From the NCBI GenBank assembly GCA_937950125.1, contig CALFEP010000039.1, forward strand, positions 3,079-67,078: DNA of 64,000 nucleotides, in the 5' to 3' direction. The position numbers and the translations under genes are program-made. The stretch is from an uncultured Bacteroidota bacterium (lineage in GTDB: Bacteria > Bacteroidota > Bacteroidia > Bacteroidales > 4484-276). The notes beneath the pieces are model-generated. The model did not search any database. It saw nothing but the letters and a program-made list of their open reading frames with translations, and was not told where the DNA came from. Below, piece by piece: positions 57,382 through 64,000 of this stretch; position 1 is the first letter of the stretch; every line of letters begins with the position of its first letter.

Positions 57382-59412
57382 ATGGTACATTCAAACTTTT
57401 CTTTCAGGATTTCAACCGGTTTCAATAGCCGGAAAATGATGTTATTGGTCATTGTCATGATGTTTCCTTTTATGTGGCTGGCATCGCAGCCAGCGCAGGA
57501 CCCCGTACTTCTCACCATTGGAAACGAAAAGGTGACTAAATCAGAATTTCTGTCGATATATCAGAAAAACAACGTAAACGGCGAGGTGATGGACAAAAAG
57601 TCATTGGAGGAATACCTCGACCTTTTTATCAACTTCAAACTGAAAGTAAAAGAAGCCGAAGACCTGGGACTTGACACCGTTCCATCGTTCATTACCGAAC
57701 TGAAAGGTTATCGCGATCAGTTGGCCAAACCCTATTTTGTTGATGAAGACCTCAACGCCAAACTGCTGGAACAGGCCTACGAGCGTAAAAAGCAGGACAT
57801 TCGTGTAAGCCACATCCTGATTAGGGTCGAAAAATTTACCAAACCGGCTGATACCCTCGAAGCATACAACAAGATTCTGGCACTTCGTGAAAGGATTTTG
57901 AAAGGCGAAGATTTTAATGCTGTTGCCGAAGAAGCCTCGGAAGACCCTTCGGCACGCGATATGCCAGCCCGTGGTTTTCAGCCTGCCCGCAAGGGTAACC
58001 GCGGCGATATTGGCTATTTCTCTGTTTTCGACATGGTTTATCCTTTCGAGGAAGCTTCATTCAACCTGCCGGTAAATCAGGTTTCGATGCCGGTACGAAC
58101 CGATTTTGGATACCATCTCATTCAGGTTAAAGCCAAATATCCGGCATTGGGCAAAGTTCAGGTAGCACACCTTTTCCTGCAGATTCCGGCGGAATCGAAA
58201 AATGCTGACTCGTTGCGCATTGCTGCAAAGGCTGACTCTCTTTACAAAGCCTTGAATAATGGCGCCGACTGGGACGAACTGGTACGCAATTTCAGCGACG
58301 ACAAGAGCTCGTCGATGAATGGCGGTACTTTGCCCTGGTTTGGTTCAAACCGAATGGTTCCCGATTTTATCGACGGAATCCGCAACCTGAGCGACAGCGG
58401 ACAGATTACAAAACCTGTACTTACCTCCTATGGCTGGCACATTATTAAACTTATCGAAAGAAAACCCGTTGGCGCTTTCGAAGACGAAAAAGCCGACCTG
58501 AAACAAAGCCTGGCAAAAGACGTCCGTTCAAACAAAAGCAAAGAATCCATCATTGTAAAGGTAAAAAAAGAAGCAAATTATGTTGATTATCCCAAAGCCG
58601 TCAATGAGTTTGTTGCTGTTTTAGACTCCACCATCTACAAAAGAAAATGGGAGATTTCAAAAGCAGATGGTCTAAAAAACACCATTTTCAAGCTGGGTGA
58701 TCAGAAATATTCGCAGCAACAATTTGCCGAATACCTGGTCAACCATCAGTCGATCAGCAGCAAAGAAACTGTGGAACAATTTGTTAACGAGTCCTTCAAA
58801 AAATTTGTTGACGAAAAAGTGATTGAGTTCGAAGACGCACGTTTGGAAGCAAAATATCCTGAATTTAAAGCCCTTGTAAAAGAATACCGCGACGGTATCC
58901 TTTTGTTTGAACTTACCGATCAGAAGGTTTGGAGCAAGGCCATAAAAGACACCACCGGGCTGAAAAATTTCCATGAAATGCACAAAATGGACTATATGTG
59001 GGGCGACCGGGCTGACGCATTGGTGGTAACCGCCGCAAACGAAGAAGGAGCCAAAGAAGCCCTGAAAATTGCCAAAAAAGGTAAATCGGCCGATGAGATG
59101 CGTGAAGCTTTTAAAAATGACACCCTTTTTGATGTCAAATTCATCGAAAAGAAATTCCCGAAAGGTGATAACACCATCATCGACAATGTAGAATGGAATG
59201 CAGGCGTGAGCAAAATAGTGCCCGACAAAGACGGAAGGTTTGGTTTTGCGGTAATTAAAAGCAAAATTGCACCCGAACCCAAATCGCTCAGCGAAGCCCG
59301 TGGCCTTATCACCGCCGATTATCAGAATTTTCTTGAAAAAGAATGGATTGATCAATTAAAGAAAAAATATACTGTTACGGTAAACAAGGACGTTTTATCC
59401 TCTGTAAAATAG
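57382..59412 (+). CDS. Peptidylprolyl isomerase (PpiC/parvulin-type domains; SurA/PpiD-like periplasmic chaperone)
   Basis: Two parvulin-like segments are present (VSHILIRV...DFGYHLIQV; VAHLFLQI...SYGWHIIKL). The start may be at 57436 (MMLLVIV). Confidence 0.8.
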   Translation: MVHSNFSFRISTGFNSRKMMLLVIVMMFPFMWLASQPAQDPVLLTIGNEKVTKSEFLSIYQKNNVNGEVMDKKSLEEYLDLFINFKLKVKEAEDLGLDTVPSFITELKGYRDQLAKPYFVDEDLNAKLLEQAYERKKQDIRVSHILIRVEKFTKPADTLEAYNKILALRERILKGEDFNAVAEEASEDPSARDMPARGFQPARKGNRGDIGYFSVFDMVYPFEEASFNLPVNQVSMPVRTDFGYHLIQVKAKYPALGKVQVAHLFLQIPAESKNADSLRIAAKADSLYKALNNGADWDELVRNFSDDKSSSMNGGTLPWFGSNRMVPDFIDGIRNLSDSGQITKPVLTSYGWHIIKLIERKPVGAFEDEKADLKQSLAKDVRSNKSKESIIVKVKKEANYVDYPKAVNEFVAVLDSTIYKRKWEISKADGLKNTIFKLGDQKYSQQQFAEYLVNHQSISSKETVEQFVNESFKKFVDEKVIEFEDARLEAKYPEFKALVKEYRDGILLFELTDQKVWSKAIKDTTGLKNFHEMHKMDYMWGDRADALVVTAANEEGAKEALKIAKKGKSADEMREAFKNDTLFDVKFIEKKFPKGDNTIIDNVEWNAGVSKIVPDKDGRFGFAVIKSKIAPEPKSLSEARGLITADYQNFLEKEWIDQLKKKYTVTVNKDVLSSVK

Positions 59413-59424
59413 CCAGACTGTGTT

Positions 59425-60276
59425 TTGAAATCAACGAAATTCTTTTTTGTATTTCTCATCATTCTCAACGTATCCTGCAATTCTGCTTTTCTGAAAAAAC
59501 CTGATAAAGCATTGGCAAGGGTTTACGACAAGTATTTATTTAAAAGCGACCTTGATGGACTTGTTCCCAACGGAACTCCAAAAAACGACAGCATCGCCAT
59601 TACACAGGGCTTTATCGAAAACTGGATTAAAAACCAGCTGCTTGTTCGCAAGGCCGAGGCAAACCTGACCAGAGAACAGAAAGACTTTTCTAAACATTTG
59701 GAAGATTACAGGAATTCGCTAATCATTTACAGGTACGAATCGGAACTGATCAGGCAAAATCTTGATACAACTGTATTGGACAGCGAAATTGAAGCATATT
59801 ATTTATCCAATCAAAAGGATTTCGAATTGAAGGATAACATTCTTAAGGTTATTTATGCAAAAACAGAACGAAATTCGCCGCATAACCGGTTGATTCGCAA
59901 ACTGGTATTTTCAGACCTGCTATCGGACCACGATTCATTGGCTTCGTTTTGTTTTAACAATGCCATCGATTATGAAATTATTGAAGATGACTGGATTACC
60001 TATGATGAGCTTGTTGAAAGAATACCCATTTCCACCTACAATCCGGAAGTCTGGCTGGCCAACAATAAATTTTTTCAAATCAGCAAGGATTCATTCACGT
60101 GGTTCGTTCACATCCTCGATTATCGGCTGCGCGATGGTGTTTCGCCGCTTGATTTTGAGCGTGAAAACATCAGGTCGGTCATATTAAACCAAAGGAAAAA
60201 ACAGTTGATAAAAGCAATGCATAAGGATATTTACAACCAGGCATTGGTTGAAAACCATTTTGAATATTACAAATAA
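59425..60276 (+). CDS. Hypothetical lipoprotein, SurA-N-like chaperone-cluster member
   Basis: Signal FFFVFLIILNVSC. It lies between two PPIase genes with 12-nt and 3-nt gaps. The start codon is TTG. Confidence 0.5.
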   Translation: MKSTKFFFVFLIILNVSCNSAFLKKPDKALARVYDKYLFKSDLDGLVPNGTPKNDSIAITQGFIENWIKNQLLVRKAEANLTREQKDFSKHLEDYRNSLIIYRYESELIRQNLDTTVLDSEIEAYYLSNQKDFELKDNILKVIYAKTERNSPHNRLIRKLVFSDLLSDHDSLASFCFNNAIDYEIIEDDWITYDELVERIPISTYNPEVWLANNKFFQISKDSFTWFVHILDYRLRDGVSPLDFERENIRSVILNQRKKQLIKAMHKDIYNQALVENHFEYYK

Positions 60277-60279
60277 CAG

Positions 60280-61635
60280 ATGCTGATGAAGAAAACATTA
60301 ATGATAATTGCCCTTTTTTTGGTTATTTCGATTCTGAAAGCACACCAAACACCGCCCGACAGCATTATGATTGAAGAGGTTGTGGCTGTTGTGGGCAAAA
60401 ACTATGTGCTGATGTCCGACATTGAAGGTCAGTACGCTCAGTTAAAAATGCAGGGAGGTGTACGAAAGGCAGAGTTGGAAACCAAATGTCAGATTATGGA
60501 AGAGTTGTTGCTTGAAAAAATGTTGATCCATCAGGCGGCCTTGGATAGCGTTGAAGTCTCTCCGGAGGAGGTTAATGCCGAACTCGATCAACGTATGCGC
60601 TATTTTATATCGCAGTTTGGGTCTCAGGAAAAACTCGAAAAATATTATGGCAAAACGGTAAACGACTTCAAATCGGAACTCCGTCAGGTGATTACAGATA
60701 AACTGATGGTAAGAAAGGTTCAGGGATCAATTACTGAAAATGCGAGGGTTACGCCTTCGGATGTGAAAAGTTTTTACAGGAAAATACCCAAAGACAGCAT
60801 CCCGCTCATTAGCTCAGAAGTGGAAGTGGCACAGGTTGTAAAAAAACCTCCTATCAGTTTTCAGGAAAAACAGGAAGTAAAGGAACGATTGCGCAAACTG
60901 CGCGAAAGGGTGCAAAATGGAGAAAGCTTTGAAGCTTTGGCGGTCTTGTATTCTGAAGACCCGGGCTCGGCGAGGCAGGGTGGCGATATTGGCCTGCATG
61001 GCAGGGGTGAATTGTATCCTGAATTTGAAGCCGTTGCCTTTAAACTCAAACCGGGCGATATTTCCGACATCGTTGAAACCGAAGCAGGTTATCACATCAT
61101 ACAGGGAATCGAGCGCCGGGGCGAATTTGTCAGGGTGAGGCATATACTTATCCGCCCGAAAATTTCTCCTGTGGAGCTTGCCAGGTCACGCAATTTTCTC
61201 GACAGCATCGCTCAGCTGATACGCCTGGATTCCATTACCTTTGAGGCAGCGGTTGAAAAATTCTCAACCGATCCTTCAAAAATAAATGGCGGCATTTTAA
61301 TAAATCCCGTTTCCGGAAGCACACGTTGGGCCGTTGACGAACTTGATCCAAAAGTGTTTTTTGTCATCGACAAAATGGCGGTTGATGAGGTTTCGACACC
61401 TGTTTTGATGGTTGATGAGTCGGGCGAAGAAGCCTACAGGATTCTCAAACTTAAAAACAGAACACAACCCCACCGTGCAACCCTCGAACAGGATTATGAC
61501 CTGATACAAAATCTGGCACTGCAAACCAAACAACACGAAATGATGCTCAACTGGATTAAAGCCAATTCAAAGCGTATCTACATCAACATCAACGAAAAAT
61601 ACAAAGATTGCCCGTTTATGCAAACCTGGTATTAA
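60280..61635 (+). CDS. surA: SurA-like peptidylprolyl isomerase (N-terminal chaperone domain plus two parvulin domains)
   Basis: Parvulin segments: VAQVVKKP...EAGYHIIQGIERRGEF and VRHILIRP...EAYRILKL. Confidence 0.8.
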   Translation: MLMKKTLMIIALFLVISILKAHQTPPDSIMIEEVVAVVGKNYVLMSDIEGQYAQLKMQGGVRKAELETKCQIMEELLLEKMLIHQAALDSVEVSPEEVNAELDQRMRYFISQFGSQEKLEKYYGKTVNDFKSELRQVITDKLMVRKVQGSITENARVTPSDVKSFYRKIPKDSIPLISSEVEVAQVVKKPPISFQEKQEVKERLRKLRERVQNGESFEALAVLYSEDPGSARQGGDIGLHGRGELYPEFEAVAFKLKPGDISDIVETEAGYHIIQGIERRGEFVRVRHILIRPKISPVELARSRNFLDSIAQLIRLDSITFEAAVEKFSTDPSKINGGILINPVSGSTRWAVDELDPKVFFVIDKMAVDEVSTPVLMVDESGEEAYRILKLKNRTQPHRATLEQDYDLIQNLALQTKQHEMMLNWIKANSKRIYININEKYKDCPFMQTWY

Positions 61636-61718
61636 GGCTATCAGGCTGCTGGTTTTTGCCTGACTAAAATTTTTATTATTTGAAAAATTAACATCAAACA
61701 AACATAAAAACCCAAACA

Positions 61719-62684
61719 ATGCACTATCAATCCGACGTCGAAGCGATTAACGCATTTGGCGAAAAAATAAAATTACTGCGCAGCGAAATTGCCAAGGTTA
61801 TTGTTGGCCAGGACGAAGTGGTTAAAAATGTAATCATTTCCATTTTCAGCAAGGGACATGTGCTGCTTGTAGGTGTTCCGGGGCTTGCCAAAACGCTGCT
61901 TGTGAACACGGTATCAAAAGTATTGGGGCTGAATTACAGCCGTATTCAGTTCACCCCCGATCTGATGCCTTCCGACATTATCGGAACCGAAATTCTGGAC
62001 CAGAGCCGCAATTTCAAATTCATCAAAGGACCTGTTTTTGCCAACATAATCCTTGCCGACGAAATTAACCGTACTCCGCCAAAAACGCAGTCGGCACTGC
62101 TGGAAGCCATGCAGGAAAAAGCCATTACGGTTGCCGGACAATCATACCATTTGACCGAACCCTTTTTTGTACTTGCCACCCAAAACCCCATCGAACAGGA
62201 AGGAACCTACCCGCTTCCCGAAGCACAGTTGGACCGGTTCATGTTCAACATCTGGCTCGACTATCCATCGTTTGACGAAGAAATAAAGGTGGTTAAAACC
62301 ACCACCACCACTTATGAGGGCAAACCTCAGGTGGTGCTCAGCAGCGACGAGATCATGTATTTTCAGGGTTTGATTCGCAAAATACCAGTACCTGACAATG
62401 TGTACGAATATGCGGTAAAACTCGCAACCAAAACCCGTCCCGGACGCAAGGACGCACACCCCTTTGCCAACGACTACCTGACCTGGGGAGCAGGCCCGCG
62501 TGCATCGCAATACCTCATCATTGGGGCAAAATGCCATGCCGCCATCAATGGCAAATATTCACCCGATATTGAAGATGTGAAAAGTGTGGCCATGGCCATT
62601 TTAAGGCATCGTATTGTAAGAAATTACAAAGCCGAAGCCGAGGGGATCAACATCGAAAAAATTATCAGCGAATTTCTCAAATAA
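61719..62684 (+). CDS. moxR: MoxR-family AAA+ ATPase
   Basis: Walker A LLVGVPGLAKT and Walker B ILADEINRTPPKTQSALLEAMQE are present, followed by ATQNPIEQEGTYPLPEAQLDRF. Confidence 0.9.
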   Translation: MHYQSDVEAINAFGEKIKLLRSEIAKVIVGQDEVVKNVIISIFSKGHVLLVGVPGLAKTLLVNTVSKVLGLNYSRIQFTPDLMPSDIIGTEILDQSRNFKFIKGPVFANIILADEINRTPPKTQSALLEAMQEKAITVAGQSYHLTEPFFVLATQNPIEQEGTYPLPEAQLDRFMFNIWLDYPSFDEEIKVVKTTTTTYEGKPQVVLSSDEIMYFQGLIRKIPVPDNVYEYAVKLATKTRPGRKDAHPFANDYLTWGAGPRASQYLIIGAKCHAAINGKYSPDIEDVKSVAMAILRHRIVRNYKAEAEGINIEKIISEFLK

Positions 62685-63934
62685 TGAAAAAGAAAATTTT
62701 CATCACTGCAGCGATTTTTCTCCTGGTGGTGATCGTCGTTTACCAGTTTACAGGTACAAGTGCCTCAACCATTGAGCTGATTAAGGTTCCTGTAAAAACA
62801 GGCCGGTTCAACATTTCGGTTACCACAACCGGTGAACTCGAAGCCAAACGTTCCGAAAATATTCGCGGCCCCGAAAACCTGCGGCCCTTGGGTATTTACA
62901 ACGACATCAAAATTAACCGGCTTATTCCCGAAGGTACAATCGTCGATTCGGGCGCCTGGGTGGCATCGCTCGACCGTACCGAGGTTGAAAGCCGCCTGAA
63001 AGACCTCGAAAGCGAACTGGACAAACTTCAGTCGCAATACACCAAAACCCAACTGGACACCTCGTTAACACTTCGCCAGAAACGCGACGAGCTGATCAAT
63101 CTTAAATTTTCGATGGAGGAACGACAGATTGAAGTTGACCAGTCGGAATTTGAACCACCGGCCACGCAGCGTCAGGCAAAAATCAACCTCGACAAGGCCA
63201 ACCGCGCCTATAGCCAGGCCGTCGAAAACTACAGCCTGGAGGTGAAAAAATCGGCTGCTGAAATGCGAGAAGTTGCTGCAACCTTAGATCAGGCAGTTCG
63301 CAAAAAAGACAGAATGATGGAGGTTTTGCAGAAATTTACGGTGTTTGCCCCCAAAAACGGGATGGTTATTTATCGTCGCGACTGGAATGGAAACAAACGT
63401 CAGGAAGGCTCCACCATCTCAACCTGGGACCCCGTTGTAGCAACACTTCCCGACCTTACACAAATGATCGTAAAAACCTACGTCAACGAAATCGACATCA
63501 GCAAAGTGAAGAAAAATCAGCAGGTGGAAATTGGCGTGGATGCATTCCCCGACCGGAGATATTCGGGCGAGGTGACCGAAGTAGCCAACATTGGCGAACA
63601 AAAACAAGGATCGAATGCAAAAGTTTTTGAAGTGGTGATTGATGTAAAAGAAAGTGACACCATATTACGCCCTGCCATGACCACCAAAAATTCGATCATT
63701 ACCGCAGTAATCGATTCGACTTTGTTTATTCCGCTCGAAGCGCTTTTCAACACCGATTCGGTTTCTTTTGTTTATACCGACCGTGGCCGGTCAGTCATCA
63801 AACAACAGGTGGTTACCGGCGAAAGCAACGAAAACGAAATCATCGTCAAATCGGGATTAAAACCCAGTGATTTTGTTTATCTGACAGTGCCCGAGAACAG
63901 CGATGATATGAAAATAAACCTGATCGATGATTAA
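62684..63934 (+). CDS. Efflux transporter periplasmic adaptor subunit (HlyD/MacA-like)
   Basis: N-terminal TM anchor, a long coiled-coil (LKDLESELDKLQSQYTK...), and barrel/lipoyl-like flanks. The start overlaps the moxR stop by 1 nt. Confidence 0.85.
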   Translation: MKKKIFITAAIFLLVVIVVYQFTGTSASTIELIKVPVKTGRFNISVTTTGELEAKRSENIRGPENLRPLGIYNDIKINRLIPEGTIVDSGAWVASLDRTEVESRLKDLESELDKLQSQYTKTQLDTSLTLRQKRDELINLKFSMEERQIEVDQSEFEPPATQRQAKINLDKANRAYSQAVENYSLEVKKSAAEMREVAATLDQAVRKKDRMMEVLQKFTVFAPKNGMVIYRRDWNGNKRQEGSTISTWDPVVATLPDLTQMIVKTYVNEIDISKVKKNQQVEIGVDAFPDRRYSGEVTEVANIGEQKQGSNAKVFEVVIDVKESDTILRPAMTTKNSIITAVIDSTLFIPLEALFNTDSVSFVYTDRGRSVIKQQVVTGESNENEIIVKSGLKPSDFVYLTVPENSDDMKINLIDD

Positions 63935-64000
63935 CGAAACCTGGTTCAAAAGGCACATCCATAACCTGAATGCCGCTTTTGAAGCTGTTTTTCTCAACAA
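63927..64000 (+). CDS. 5' end of a probable ABC-transporter permease (FtsX/MacB-like), truncated by the window edge
   Basis: MINETWFKRHIHNLNAAFEAVFLN resembles FtsX-type permease N-termini. It overlaps the adaptor gene stop by 8 nt. Confidence 0.4.
   Translation, partial: MINETWFKRHIHNLNAAFEAVFLN

Overview
The window looks like a chromosomal segment of a Bacteroidota-type genome. The evidence is four secreted proteins ending in T9SS-type C-terminal sorting domains, a CarboxypepD_reg plus TonB-dependent receptor, DUF4296, DUF5686 and DUF1761 families, and TAnnTTTG -7 boxes. Most of it is densely packed housekeeping: nhaA, hisS, mntP, recQ, kdsD/kpsF, lptB with an LPS glycosyltransferase and O-antigen-ligase cluster, a lipid kinase, crcB, acyP, an alpha-2-macroglobulin gene overlapping pbpC, guaB, three SurA/parvulin-type chaperone genes, moxR and a MacA-like adaptor. 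I saw no rRNA, tRNA, CRISPR array, transposase or integrase.

Four things stand out:
1. A two-gene restriction-modification-like cassette (an unrecognised about 303-aa protein plus a beta-class SPPY amino-methyltransferase) sits in the 3' end of a mutS-related gene. It is bounded by perfect 115-bp direct repeats that duplicate that 3' end. This is a recombinase-free mobile R-M unit of the 'insertion with long target duplication' type. Next to it is a three-frame remnant with a kinase-like motif.
2. An AbiE (AbiEi/AbiEii) toxin-antitoxin locus whose toxin is broken by one in-frame TAG. A 12-bp perfect inverted-repeat operator candidate lies upstream.
3. Three intergenic arrays with strict 7-nt periodicity (GGCAGTR, GAACAAS, GACTGCC and CGACTTA units). 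Two of them embed a hairpin with a conserved loop, TTCGACARGCTCA, and different compensating stems.
4. A signal-peptide-bearing MEMO-AMMECR1 fusion, with no radical-SAM partner in view, diverges from a membrane protein whose spermidine-synthase-like domain has lost both canonical motifs.

All functional calls come from motif and family recognition by eye. No database search was run.
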